The notes under the pieces were generated by a model. It made no database searches and had not been told where the DNA came from. It saw only the letters and a program-made list of their open reading frames with translations. A stretch of 63,855 nt of DNA, the filler included, from Collodictyon triciliatum (Eukaryota), in the NCBI GenBank assembly GCA_043381765.1. It is 7 parts of 7 records of this genome, joined end to end, with 100 filler letters (N's around TTAATTAATTAA, not from the genome) between each part and the next. Parts side by side here need not be neighbours in the genome. Positions count along the whole stretch, not along the records: positions 1 to 11,377 come from JBHJMP010002415.1; positions 11,478 to 22,850 come from JBHJMP010002416.1; 5 more parts are not named here. One strand, written 5' to 3'. Positions within the stretch are counted from its first letter, which is position 1; each line of letters opens with the position of its first letter. Of the stretch, positions 1 to 12,841 are shown piece after piece. Both the position numbers and the translations under genes were made by a program.

Positions 1-68
1 TTTCTCTTTTCTCTTTTCTCTTTTCTCTTACCTTTTCCCCCAAGCAGTCTCCGATCCTTGCCCCACCG

Positions 69-127
69 CAAGCACAACCTTCGAGCACAACCTTCGAGCA
101 CAACCTTCAAGCACAACCTTCGAGCAC
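69..127. repeat. 13-bp tandem repeat (AGCACAACCTTCG) x~4.5 just upstream of the CLUAP1 start
   Basis: Directly visible tandem copies with one G/A variant. Confidence 0.85.
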
Positions 128-133
128 TCCGCA

Positions 134-3100
134 ATGTCTTACAGAGAACTACGAAGTAAGTCAGACCCCGCTTCATAACCATGAAATACAGCCCCTTCTC
201 AGCACCTAGTTTAAATAATTCATTTATTTCAGCTTTTTTTTGTCCGTTTTTCTCTTGTAAATAGAATGCAAAGGTCTCAAACTTACCACTCTCAAAACTG
301 TCACATTATCTTTACTTCCATCATAATTATACTTTCATCAGAGTCCCATATTGAATGATTACAGCATTTATAGTCCAAAGGCAGCTTTTTCCACCCTTAT
401 GTAATCCTCCATATTCGTGCATGATTGCAATAGACTTCACCGAGATAATGCGGTCTCTTGGATATCCCCGACCAATCTCTATGGAGAACTTTCGCAATCC
501 TAACTTTGTCCTTGTCGCTGAAATCCTCTACTGGCTAGTTCAACGGTAGACTTTCTTCTTTCTTCTTTCTTCTTTCTTCTTTCTTCTTTTTTTTGCCTAA
601 AATCACCTTTTACACTCATTGTCATATCTGTATCTTTTAATAACCGTCGTTGATTCTTTCTATTTTATATAATCCACTTCTCTAAGGCGCATGATTTTCT
701 TTTTTAAAAAACAAATGAAGAAAAACATGTCAACCTACAGTCCGTTGCGACCTCTTTATCCATCAAGCGATGACAATGATTTACTGACTATTAAAAAAAG
801 ATATGTTCATGTTTTAATAGATACGATCCTTCCATCGGGATTTCAGATGATATTGAAACAGAATCAGATCGCGTCCGTTTCATTAAAGATATAGTTCAGC
901 TTCTGGTGTGCTTCATAATTTATTTATATCTCGCCATACGTGCGTTTGTTATTCAATGAACAACTCCCAACATATGATTCTTCTTCACTTGCGGGTCATT
1001 TTTATTTTAAATTAAGAAAATCATGTTGAACATTTAGGTTGTTCGGACTCGTGTTAAGCTCAATCCTCGAAAGCTATACCAGGCAGATGGATATGCTGTG
1101 CAAGAGATGCTGAAACTCGCCTCGTTATTGCACCGTGCCGTCAATTCACAGGCTGTCGAAGGGGTCTGATTGTAAAAATGACATGTTGTCTGAAGCAATA
1201 CCCACCATTTAACAACAAGGTCATGCATTGCTTAATTAATGAATGGACATTCATCATTGTATTGTCTACATCTAGGAATCTGCACTGAGCGACACATCTG
1301 CTATCTTCTCGAAAGCACAAGACCTGAAGACTGCTCGCCAACTCGCCTCCGACATAACAAACCGGGGGGCAAACCTCTCCGATTTGTTATTGAAAGAAAA
1401 AAAGATGAGAGTACGTTCTATTTCTTGCAAATGAATCGTAGATGTTTTTTTTTTAAAAAAGAAATACGAAACTCATTAATTAATGTATACATTGTATATA
1501 TTGAGCCACTTCTGTTTACTCACTTCAATAATGCAATTAATTCGGAACATGAAAAGAAAAAGTATCATTTTATTTGAAGATATCACAATAAGGACATTTG
1601 CCTACAGGAAATTCGAAGCAAAGTTATTGCTCGACCTCTTGATATTGAATCGGTCGAACGTGCTATCAAAGAAAGCATTCAGCAAGTAACAGAACAGACT
1701 AATGCTATCACAACATCGCTATCTAATATATCCTCTGATGAGGCTAATTTGGAACAAAAAATCGAGAAAAAGAAAGTCGAGTTGGAAAGAAACCAAAAAC
1801 GTCTCAAGAATTTACAAAGTGTCCGGTAGTTATTTGTCGAAATACTTATTATACTTTGAATTTAATCAGCATGTACATTTTTACCTATTGATTGATTGAT
1901 TTTTTCCTTTATTCGTTTGAAAGTGATTGATTGATTGATACATTCATTTAGTCCGTCCTTTATGGATGAGTATGAAAAACTTGAAGTTGACTTGCAAAAC
2001 CTTTATACAGTGTACTTGGAAAGGTAATAATTATACTTTGTTACCCATTTTGGCAAACATTCTCAAAATTCTATTCCATTAAATATTATTGTGCTCATCA
2101 GGCTTTGGATTGCTGAACTCTTTTTTTCTTTTGTCAATAGATACCGTAACTTGGAGTATTTGGAGCACGAGGTCCAACAATATCAACAAATGGAACAAGA
2201 GAAGCTCGAAGAAGCAGAAAGAGCGATGAAGCGTATGCAAGTGAGTGCTTTTTCATCAGGGATACACCATGCATTACACTTAACAGGTGTTTATGAAGCT
2301 ATGTTGTTAGAGTGAGCATACTATTTCCTGAATTCATCTGGCATATGCTTAATCAAACCTTAAAATATGTACATTCTGGAAACTAAACTTAACTTTTATG
2401 AATGGATGCATCCTAAAGCAAAAAATCAAAGATGAAGAGATGAGAATTCTTCGCGGAGAAGTCGACATGAACCCTGACGATTTGAATGAGCTAGACCAGC
2501 GTTTGTACCCAGGATACTTTTTTCTTTCTTTTTTCTTTCTTTTGTTTTTCTTCTTTTTCTTCATTCTTCTTTTTTCTTCCTTTTCTTTCTTTTCTCCCTT
2601 CTCTTGTTAATCCTTGGATAGACCAGTTTAGATGCTCTCCTTTTCTCACCCTCCAATGAACGCACACAGCAAATGGCCGCGATGAGGACAGGGGAATCGA
2701 ATCGCGCGGTCGCCGTCCCCAACAGGCTGTGGCTCGGCGGGGAAATGGGCGTCAAGCAGGAGACGTTTATGGCTCGATGAACGCAGATTCAGAGCTCGAC
2801 TCAGCTGACGAAAGTGATATGCAGTCGAATGGTAATTTTGGTTTGTCCCTCTCCAAATACTTTGCAAGGCAGTCTTGAAGCATAACAAATCTCGAACAAG
2901 AGACGCAATAAGCTATCCCCAGACGTAATATATTTGCTCTGGTCTAAATTGTTACTTTTTTTCCACCAATCAAAGGCTTCGGAAACGATGGGTCAGATGA
3001 CGGGGATTTGGACATTGAGGAGGACGAAGGAGATGTACCTGTTAAATCTGCAATCTATTGATGAGCACTATATTCTCTTCTGTTTGATATTCTGTTGTTG

Positions 3101-3225
3101 TTTTTTTTTCCCCTCTCTTCCATGGCTCCGGGATTCATGTTTTTTGGCCATGTGTCTCACGTTATATAAACGCTTTTTAGGACGAGGACGATGGCCCGTT
3201 CGAAGATGATGAGGATGAATTCTAA
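134..3225 (+). CDS. CLUAP1: Clusterin-associated protein 1 / intraflagellar transport protein IFT38 (multi-exon)
   Basis: Spliced N-terminus [45 protein letters not shown] matches CLUAP1. Later exons [19 protein letters not shown] and [19 protein letters not shown]...YRNLEYLE; acidic C-terminus ending EDDEDEF* at 3223-3225; GT-AG introns. Confidence 0.93.
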
Positions 3226-3858
3226 AAAGAAAGGGGATGACATTGCCTTCAACCTTCCCTTTTGTGCACCCCTCGCCTCATTTTTTCCTCATAAAAATAT
3301 CAATCCATTCGTATTGGAGCACTTGTCGCGTCAGCTACCGTTTAAGATGAATCAAGGCACCAAGATTTTTGTGGGAAAAAATAGTATTAGTATCACAATC
3401 ATTATTTTGAGTAGAAAGAGCAAATTCTGTGGAAATAGCGACCACGAGATTGTTGCGATGCACTTTTCTCGCAGCCGCAGACTTTCTTTGATTATGTTTC
3501 TTTTATAGATTCCTCTCAATATTCAGTTTTGTTTCTTTTCATTCTCAGAGGAATTGCTATTCAACCCAAAGTAGTCCAGGTATTGTTATTGAGCTTGAGG
3601 ATGTAGTTCTTTTCCGCCACAACACGAAATAGGGAAGATTGCGCCAAGATTCAATTGATCGGAGCGTGTAACGAAGTTGTGTTCTTGGTGCTCTTCTTAC
3701 TGTCTAATGAGTCCATGCCAATCGGGTGCATTCGTCGTAATTGCACTTGTAGTTGCTAGGTAAATAAAGTCAGTGAATCATCTCCAGCTTTAACGTGCTT
3801 TTAAGTAGCCACTTGCGGAAGAAAGAGCATCTCCCTTGTTGTAGAGCATATCAACTCA

Positions 3859-5164
3859 CCAATTGACCATGTCCTCGTCATCTAATAGTATGTATTGTGT
3901 CAAGATAGGGTCAAGAGTACTCTTGCATGTATGTGGAGGCTTCAAGGAATATGGAAATATATTGGAAATAGGTCCTTGTATCAATCCATTCCAAATCTCA
4001 ATTATCACCTCTGTATCCAGGGCAACTGTATGTGAACTGATAATCATCCTGCAATAGGTTTTACAGCCGAGGACAGAGTTAGCAAATATTCACCCACTGC
4101 AAGATATAAGATAGTGTTTGTATAGTCCACCTCGTCGTCGTTGAAGCGAAGCCTACCACCTTTGCACATTGGACATCTGTTTGCCAAGTTAAGGAGCTAA
4201 TCACAGCTACTGTAATGATGTTAAGCATAAATATGAGAGGATAAAAGAATCCTTGAGGAGGATTGCATGGGATATAGGTATTCTTCCGCGAATGCGACCG
4301 TCTGCAACCCGCGACATCAAGACCGTTTTGATTCCTGTTGTTGTCTGATCTATAATATGTGATTTTTCTATCACACCTCGATTCCTTTGCATTTAATCGA
4401 TAACAGCTATACTATTTGTTATTTCACGAAGGCAAGGAGAATATTTTCTCGAATAGAGTTGAGATGAATATCGGAGCATCTTATTACCGTTTTTCCTACA
4501 AAATCGAGAGTCAATTGAATGATTTTCATAGTTCATGTAAGTTGAAAAAAAGTGGGCGGATTGATGAACTTGCAACGAACTAGGGATTAGTTTTGATGAA
4601 ATGAATTTACTTCAGCTCATTCTTGAGTTGCTCGACTGAGAATGCTAATAATTTCCCTGTTTCTGAAAAGACTCTACTCTCTTCGGCCTTTCTCTTCTTG
4701 ATTTCGGCCTCACTGAGCTTCTATATAAAAAATATTTCAACACAGGAATTGTTATCGTGGTTATTTTAGTTCAGTGAAGTCGAGATTTTAAAGTGGATAC
4801 GTCAATGTGATTTTAAACAGGTCGTCTCATCACCTTTTTCACTACAGGCTCGGGTTCGGGTTTGGATTCTTTCTTTTCAGATGAGGATGCCTCCGCTTTT
4901 TGAAGCATGGTTAGTACGAGATTGTTAAAAAAAAAAAAAAAAGAAGAAAAGAAAAGGATGTAACAAATTTTGATGCAGTTTAGAAGGGAACCTTTTGATT
5001 TTTTCGGCGATGAATCCTCTGCGTCATCTGTTGATTTTCGTGCTTTGGTTGTTGTACCTGTGTAGCTTTGGATATAGTCCTTGACCCTTTTTTGGTCTTC
5101 TTCACTGAAATGTGAGACATTAACATCACTAGGGCTTTTCACTGTACTCGGAACCTGCGTCATT

Positions 5165-5261
<97 letters not shown>

Positions 5262-6000
5262 CAGCATCATTATCATCATTATTATCATTATTAAGATAAT
5301 TATTGTGTATTGTGTATTGTGTGTTAAAGATCCAAAAGAAAAGCGAATTTAGACTTTTTTGTGATTAATATTCTTCAAATAAATGAACGAGGGAATAATA
5401 AAAGAGACCGGCCAACATTCTAAATGAATCCATCGGGAAGTTCGGTCGTTTTCTTCTCCACCAAAAGTGTATCCAGCGACTCGGATGGAATCCTTTGCGA
5501 CTAAATGAGTGAAAGAAGTTGAAACAAAACAAAAAAAAATTGAGCTAGGACAGGTTCTGTATTAATGGCCGCACGCAGCAAAATGTAGTTCGTAAGGTTT
5601 AGGGAAATGTATATACAGGTTTTTGTGTTTTTATAAAGAAGCTATGGATTTGCATTCACACACTTGTCTTTTGGCACGAAACACACTGTTTCAGCCCCCA
5701 GCAATAGGATAAACCAAGACGCAAGATGAAGAGTTATTCCGCGTGTTTGTAAGTATGTTCGTTCCAGGCCGAGAGAACGGCAGCAAACCACAGATTATTT
5801 CATTTTCAAGAAAGAAAAAATAAAGGGATCGATTACAACGGGAATACCAGACTCAGGTGTCTTCAAAAGATGTCCTTTCTTGGTCTGCGCTTGCAATCTT
5901 GACAAGCAGTGGCCGTAAAAGAACGCCGATTAAAAGACACAACAAAACATACCTTCGAGCGGCCAGAGCGAGCATTCTCCATGACGATAGGCTTACTCAT
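3859..6000 (-). CDS. PARP-type zinc finger + PADR1 (PARP1 Zn3-like) domain protein, multi-exon; 3' end not resolved
   Basis: Spliced MSKPIVMENARSGRSK|CVSCQKT|IAKDSIRVAG...RWIHLECWP|VPS...SEEDQKRVKDYI is a zf-PARP. Later exons DQTTTGIKTVLMSRVADGRIRGRIP and CPMCKGGRLRF resemble PADR1. Confidence 0.75.
5166..5260. repeat. (TAT)n intronic microsatellite, representative of many (AAT)n, (TTTC)n, (GTTT)n and (AG)n tracts in the window
   Basis: Directly visible. Confidence 0.95.
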
Positions 6001-6861
6001 CTTCCAAGAGACCCTGCAATTAGTTTGCCCACTGGTCAGTTCTTAGCGTGTGAACAACCCAGCCGAGCCGTAAGCCTTTTCATCAGGACTCGTCCACACA
6101 CACATCGTCGTTGGGAAGCCACCTGCCGGAAAATACAGTTTGCCCAATCGACACGGAATCATGCCATACTCGTCTCATACACATCTGGAAATTACAGGGC
6201 AGGAATCGGCGACACTGCAACCCTGGTGCAGCACTCAGGTCAGTAACATATATGGATAGTAGACATAAATACCCACATTATGGTTTTTTCTATTGACGAA
6301 CGACCTCCTAGCTTGTTTGGTTGCGGTTGTGACACATCGGCAAGATTTGCTTCCGCATTGGAGTTGCGGCATTGAATACGACTCGGGCGTCTCTTGGATC
6401 TGTTGCTGGCAGGCCGGGTCGCCTGAGTTGCTGCGAGAGTTGGTGCAGGATTAAATGAACAGGCCAACAGGCACACTCTGTCGCCTTGAAAGAAGAAACG
6501 GAAAAGAAAAAAACAAGGAGGGAGAAAGAGGAAGCCTGGTAGAACATAGTCGAGTTGTTTGTGGGTTTAGACCCTGTTTTTCTTTTTCTTTTTCTTTTTC
6601 TTTTTCTTTTTCTTTTTCTTTTTTCCTTTTCCTTTTCCTTTTCCTTTTTCCTTTTTCTATATCTTTCTTCCTTTTCGCCCATAGACTTTTATCAGCGGCT
6701 CCTTTTTGCCTCGCTTCGGTCCCAAGTAACGGCCGGCACTATTATATCTCGCTGCACACTTTTATTTTTCTTTTAAGACGTTTGTTTGTTCATTTGTTGC
6801 TTAATGCTACAACTGGCGAGTGCCACTTTGAACGCATATCAATTACGCTTAGCACGCAAAG

Positions 6862-9800
6862 ATGAGCTTTCTCAAAAAGAAGGACGAGTCTCCCGCAAGT
6901 TCACCCGCAACATCTGCAAAGATCATCCGCTCAACAGGCGGTTATGTCGACGGTAAGACATACGGGGACAACGGGCCCTCAAAAATATGCGCATATTATT
7001 CATCTTTAGTTTTTTTTTCTTTTTTCTTTTTATCTTTTTCTTTTTTTCTTTTTTTCTTTTTTCTTTCTTTTTTCTTTTTTTCTTTTTTCTTTTTCTTTTT
7101 CTTTTTTCTTTTTCTTTTTTCTTTTTATCTTTTTCTTTTTTCTTTTTTTCTTTTTTTCTTTTTTTCTTTCTTTTTGTTTTGCTTTGCTTTGCTCTGCTTT
7201 TTGTCTATTCTGAGAGTTTGTGTCTTGTTGTTTGCAGGTGTTGTAATGTCCCTGATCCAAGCCGCCAACGACAACACGCCTGAGGTGGTTACATCCATAG
7301 CCACGGCTCTCAAAGATTTGGGCTTGAAGCAGCCGCACCTTGTCCTAAGTTCCTGTGTTGATTTTGTGCAGAGCAATCAGAAAAGGGTACCTGTCTTTTC
7401 TATTTTTGTGCATTCTGATTCGAACATCCTTTCTTTTCCTCTCCTTTCTCTTCTCTTTTCTTCTTCTTTTTCCATCTGCAAAGCATGATTCAATCCCCGA
7501 CGCGCTCTGTTGGGCAAATGAAATATCAATATCATCATTTGCCGGATGAAATGGTATACATGACTAAAGCAAGTTTTTACTCGCAGATTATTTTGAGGCA
7601 TCGCGTCACACTCTTGAATGTCATGAACGAAATCCTTAATATCGTTCCAAAAGTATGAATTTTTTTCATGAGATATATTTGACCGTGATTGGGGCATCTT
7701 CTTTGTGTGGTTGTTCTTTTATGCCATCGTGGCCGTTTTACTCCTTACCATCCTAAAAGAGATTCAAGTGTGTAATTGTATTAATAGGTTAACGATGACC
7801 TCGGACTGGTTCTCTCGCAGTTTTTTGCCCTCGAAATGACTTGCAACAAGGTATATTTCAACAAAAATATTGCTGTGGTTCATTTCATTGTTTGTTTTTC
7901 TTCGTTCATTTCATTGTTTGTTTTTCTTCGTTTTTTTTGGGGGGGCAGTTTGAATCTTCAAAAAGCAAAGAAGAAATAGCAATAACATATTTTTAATTCT
8001 CAACGTGATTCGTATCAAGAAAAGAGACACACATTCATCTCTGTGACGATTACTGTTTCGTATTTCGGTGTTAATATATCACGCTTTCTTCAAAGGAAAT
8101 TGAACCAGAATGGCAAGAGGCTGCGTGCCGCTGTTTGGTCACTCTTTCGGCCTCCTTCCCTCAATATCTCTTGGACGAAATGCTGAAACGTTTTGAACAG
8201 GGAATCATTCCTCATTTTTTTGTTCTTAAGGCTCTATCAGAAATAGCCCAAATGAACCGTAAGTAAACTTCCCTTCAGATACAAGAGCTATTAATTGGCA
8301 AGTGGCGTACAGAGCAATCAGTTTCAACACATAGACCAATCAATCGAGTCATTATTTTCACTTATTTACTTGTCTCAAATTAGCACTGGCCCTTGTTCCT
8401 CGTCTGAAAGAAATTCTCAGCAAAATGCTCCCTCTCTTGGCACTCATTAAGCACGACAATTATCGATGGGGCTTTGCTACAGGTAAAACATATGGCGTTG
8501 ATTAGCAGACCAGTGACACACGACTTTGCTCTATCTTTTGCACTTAAGTATCTCCATTTTAAAAATATGTATCCTTCTTTAGCAATCGCGAATTTTGGAG
8601 AGGCTGTGAGTACTTATGCGGCTAATATCGATCAAGTGACTGACAAATCAATCGGCCTGCTCGACTTTGATGCTGAATTCTTTACTGCATACGATTTTAT
8701 GTTTGTACAATGGCTGAATGGGCGCGAGCAGAAGGTCGGATATTGTTTCTTTTTTTTTTTTCGTGACTGCCATGTCTTGTCGCACTTTGATTCAGAAATC
8801 ATCATGAATCTATTTTATATTTTGTTTATTCTATAATGTATCGCTTTGAATCAGGTGCGTCTTTCGACTGTGCGTGCCATTGGGTGCTGTTCTTGTGTCA
8901 TCAAGATGGAAACACTGGAACAACATATCCAGCGTATCGTCAGAGGTCTCTTTGGTCTGTGGATTAAGGAAAAAGATCAGGACAGGCTCCCATTAACCCA
9001 GGTTTCATAATGCGCTTAATATATATATATGTATGCCTCTAATAGTTCTCTGATAAGAATCATTTTTATTTCATACTCCAAAATCCATCTATTACATTCA
9101 GTGGTATGTAAATATCTCCCTGCCTTCGTTTATATACCCCATTAAATTAGGACTCATATGTTTTTAGGGATTGTCCGCTTTATTCGAATCAGCAACTCGG
9201 AATTCTAGCCAATGTTTGGAACCACTTCTGCGTGAAGTACTACCAGGTTTTCAAAAATAATTATAAGTGTTCCTTTTTGTTAATTTTTTTCAAAAGCTCA
9301 TTTTTTGTTTCGTTCGATGCCATAAATGTCGACATATAATTTTCAAAGCTCAATCAATCGCATCTCTAATAAGATCTTTACGGTATTTAAATTCACTCAT
9401 GTAATCAATTTTAGCACTGTTTCCCATCGGAGAACCAAACATAACCAGGTTCCTTTTCCTTTTCTTTTTCGATTCATTTCGTGATTTTTTTTTGGTTCTA
9501 TTCCCATCATTACACTTACCTCTTTTACTTGACTCCGCTCGTTCAGTCCTGCAACCATGAAAAACTACAATGAAGTTTTGCGATGCTTCGAAATCCTCGG
9601 TTAGTGTGATATACATTTCGATATTATCGAATTTCGACTGATAGATAAACTGCTATCCTCGCCACTGCTTGTTCTTTTGACAGCCATCAACTCGTCTCAC
9701 TTTTACATCACAATATCACAGGACGCAGTTTTGTGGACCAAGTCATAGCATCCATGTTGCAGAAACTTGAAACTCCGAATGCCCCTGTTCGTATCGGCGG

Positions 9801-11216
9801 GCTTGCAGTGATGAAACATATGGTCACTCGTCTTGGTAAGAATCTTAATTATTATCATGCAATCGCTTCAAATTACTCATATTTCTGCGAATTATTTTAA
9901 AAATAATAAATAAATTGTCTTCCAATATCAATCAAATTTAGACGATGTCCTTGTTCTTCGCAAACCGATTCTTGTTTCTGGACTCAAAGCCATCATATTA
10001 GACAAGGATTACTCTGTAAACCTTCATTACTCTCTTTATTTTTCCTTTATATATATATATATATATTATACCGTGTGGGATCAGCATGCCTTTCTTATAA
10101 AAAAATACTCTTTTAATCGCATTTCTGCTACAGGTTCGTAAAGCTGTCAGCCAAGTGGTTATATCTATGGCCTCAAATGGTATTTATTTTTAAAAGCTCT
10201 GACCCTCAATCCTTAATTACACTCAAATTCTGCTTTTCACAAATTTATCCTTGCCAATATAGGGCATCTATTTGTAGTCTTTCCAACTGGTTTATTCACA
10301 TCATTTGAATGATAATCAATAGCATACTTATCTTTGGAGGGAGGTGAAAATCTTGTGGAGTCGATTGTGCGAAACTGCGCCATTACAGACACCGAGATAG
10401 CCCAGTACAAGGATATGCTGTTGAAAGTATCTCTCTACTTATGGCTGATGATATCCGTTTTAAATTTGCTCATTTTTCTTTTTTATCAAGCATCTATATG
10501 GAATCGTTGAGAAGGATATTTATCACATTCGCACACTCATATTCTATTTTGTTAACAGGCGAAGCGTGAACGAGAATCCAATCTCCCACAAGAACTTAGG
10601 ACTATGTGCAATCACATGATTCATTTAATGACATCCACCATCCCGGAGATGGAAAATGTATAAATAATGATATAATTACAATTTTACTTTATCAAATTCA
10701 AGTCGACAAATCAAAATCTCCTATCAACTGAATCGTGAGAGATACTTAACTTTGACTATGCATGTTGACAGGTTCTTTGGCCATACATATTTGAGACCAT
10801 CATCCCCATTCAGTATACGGACGCACTTGCCATCACGTCCAAATGTCTTGCAGAAATTGGAATGAAAAAAAGAAAAGAGGGGTCGAAAGATTATATTATC
10901 GATTTTGATAGAAAAGGTGTGTTTTTATCTTCGTTTGAAGCTCAGTAAATTATGGTTTTTTTTCTTCTATTTGGTACTATGTTGAACTAAAATTTTCCTT
11001 TTTTTTATTTATTTATTTCCTTGTGCTTCAGTGAATTTGCCCCGTCCTGTCGCTTTGATATCACGTTTATTTGTGATGTTAAGCGTTCCTTTGAGACGTG
11101 ACCAACTTGGCCAACGTATCATCCAAGCGTTGATTGCACTTGGTGCCTTGCTGCACCCTGCGCTCCCAGAGTTGTGGGAATTGAAACTTCCGAAAGTCTT
11201 GCAATATCTCGAAGGT
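6862..11216 (+). CDS. MROH1: Maestro heat-like repeat family protein (MROH1/HEATR7A-like), 5' part, truncated by contig end
   Basis: Exons encode EWQEAACRCLVTL...PHFFVLKAL, KNYNEVLRCFEIL, VLWPYIFETIIPIQYTDAL and NLPRPVALISRLFV...LHPALPELWELKLPKVLQYLE, all characteristic of MROH1. Confidence 0.82.
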
Positions 11217-11217
11217 C

Positions 11218-11311
<94 letters not shown>

Positions 11312-11377
11312 GTTTTTGTTGTTTTTTGTTGTTTTTTTGTTGTTTTTTGTTGTTTTTTGTTGTTTTTTGTTGTTTTT

Positions 11378-11477
11378 NNNNNNNNNNNNNNNNNNNNNNN
11401 NNNNNNNNNNNNNNNNNNNNNTTAATTAATTAANNNNNNNNNNNNNNNNNNNNNNNNNNNNNNNNNNNNNNNNNNNN
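11378..11477. other. Artificial contig linker (N44-TTAATTAATTAA-N44); also at 22851-22950, 34318-34417, 45785-45884, 57252-57351 and 62721-62820
   Basis: Identical 100-nt N-padded six-frame-stop spacer occurring six times. Confidence 0.97.
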
Positions 11478-12051
11478 TGCAGCAGCTGTGATTGAGATAC
11501 TTTCGACTGTATTTTTCGAACAAAGGATGAAATGTGTGTTTCGGATACAAAATTTGGCATCTAGTATTCAGTCAAAATTATCATATAGATTGAAATCGAG
11601 AAAGCTTGCTCCCATCGTCCCTGGGGATGAAGCTCCGAATTCTCAAGGCTTGCGTGTAAGGGAGCATGATAATCAATTGAGTCTATCAGATAAAGAAGCG
11701 AATTTTGTGAAAGAATCGATTTCATTCAAGGCAAAATACATCTATGACGGTATCATATCGGAGTTCTATTCAATCATATTTACACCCTTGCTCATGTATT
11801 TTGTGCATCCTTTGGCGAAAGAATCAAAATTTCAAGTGATCAAATCCTTTTCTGAATGCTTCTATCAAATTATGGTACAACTAATATTCGAAATTTTGTC
11901 AGACATCACAACACTCTCGATTGAACTACACAAGGGTCATATTAGTGAGCATGAGTTTAAAAGTTGGAGACCTATGAATAGAATTATACTATTTTTTTGG
12001 TCTAACGTTTGCTTTCTGGTGACCATGCGGTGGATAAAAATCTTCTCTTGA
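11478..12051 (+). CDS. C-terminal part of a probable host multi-pass membrane protein (5' truncated)
   Basis: 187-aa ORF starting near the contig start, with hydrophobic segments (IISEFYSIIFTPLLMYF; IMVQLIFEILSD; IILFFWSNVCFLVTM) followed by a very AT-rich 3' region. Confidence 0.5.
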
Positions 12052-12437
12052 ATGAATTTTATGCTTTCATAGCATATTTTCGTCCAGAAAACATAATATT
12101 CAACTAGCATTTGCTACAAAAGTTAATAAACCAAAGCATAAATTACATCATAATACTATAATTGAATCAGAAATGTAGATGAATTTTTTTAATCTTTTAC
12201 AATTTTGAAATCATGAAACAGCTCATCGATTTGGGATAAAGAAATAATTAAAAATTCTAGTTCGATGCTTTAAATGTAAGGGATAAAAATCAACTAATAA
12301 ATTTTTTTTGGAGAATGTCAATATTGTTAGGATATTGTTATTTACAGAAAATATAAATCTGATATTGTACATTATGTTCACAAAAGATAGGGAATTCATA
12401 TAATTAACTGTTAAAATTAAATTTTATCAATTTTTTG

Positions 12438-12692
12438 TTATTTAAGCTGTGGAAATTGAAACTCCATAATATATAGTTTCAATTTCCACAGCGGCCTTTT
12501 CAACCCTGCCAAATTAGGTCCTTTATATACTGTCTTCCGCCCTTGACCACAGAACATTACACCCTTAATTAACGCATACCTTCCATATGCGGCCGCCTTC
12601 CAGCCTCTATCACCGTACACCTTCCATATATATCCATCTTCCGCCCTCGATACAATTTGGTACGCAATACTAAATTGTAACTTACACATCAT
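12438..12692 (-). CDS. Small basic hypothetical viral protein (~84 aa)
   Basis: ATG overlaps the end of the upstream small gene (ATGATGTGTAA); no recognised motif. Confidence 0.35.
   Translation of the reverse strand: MMCKLQFSIAYQIVSRAEDGYIWKVYGDRGWKAAAYGRYALIKGVMFCGQGRKTVYKGPNLAGLKRPLWKLKLYIMEFQFPQLK
12446..12492. terminator. Perfect 18-bp inverted repeat with 11-nt loop (candidate 3'-end hairpin or element boundary)
   Basis: GCTGTGGAAATTGAAACT-ccataatatat-AGTTTCAATTTCCACAGC; lies downstream of the minus-strand capsid gene cluster at the composition change. Confidence 0.55.
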
Positions 12693-12825
12693 CAATCCCC
12701 TTCTCAAACTCTACCTCGCTGCCGCAACACTTGCTGCGCTTCAAATGTTGGACTGTATATTTCCACAGACGCTCTACCACTAACACCACAGTAAACAACA
12801 AACCAATCAACGTCACAGGCTCCAT
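12682..12825 (-). CDS. Small single-TM viral protein with RSKCCG motif (47 aa)
   Basis: MEPVTLIGLLFTVVLVVERLWKYTVQHLKRSKCCGSEVEFEKGIDDV; ATG 16 nt after the MCP stop; TM helix followed by basic residues and a CC motif. Confidence 0.65.
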   Translation of the reverse strand: MEPVTLIGLLFTVVLVVERLWKYTVQHLKRSKCCGSEVEFEKGIDDV

Positions 12826-12841
12826 ATGCTCACATATATTT

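Noticed and set aside
11378-11477. Recurring TTAATTAATTAA palindrome as a biological repeat or TTAA target site
   Set aside because: Always centred in 100-nt N padding; artificial six-frame-stop linker
12446-12492. ATTGAAAC / GTTTCAAT resembles CRISPR repeat ends
   Set aside because: Single inverted pair, no repeat-spacer array, no cas genes, eukaryotic context
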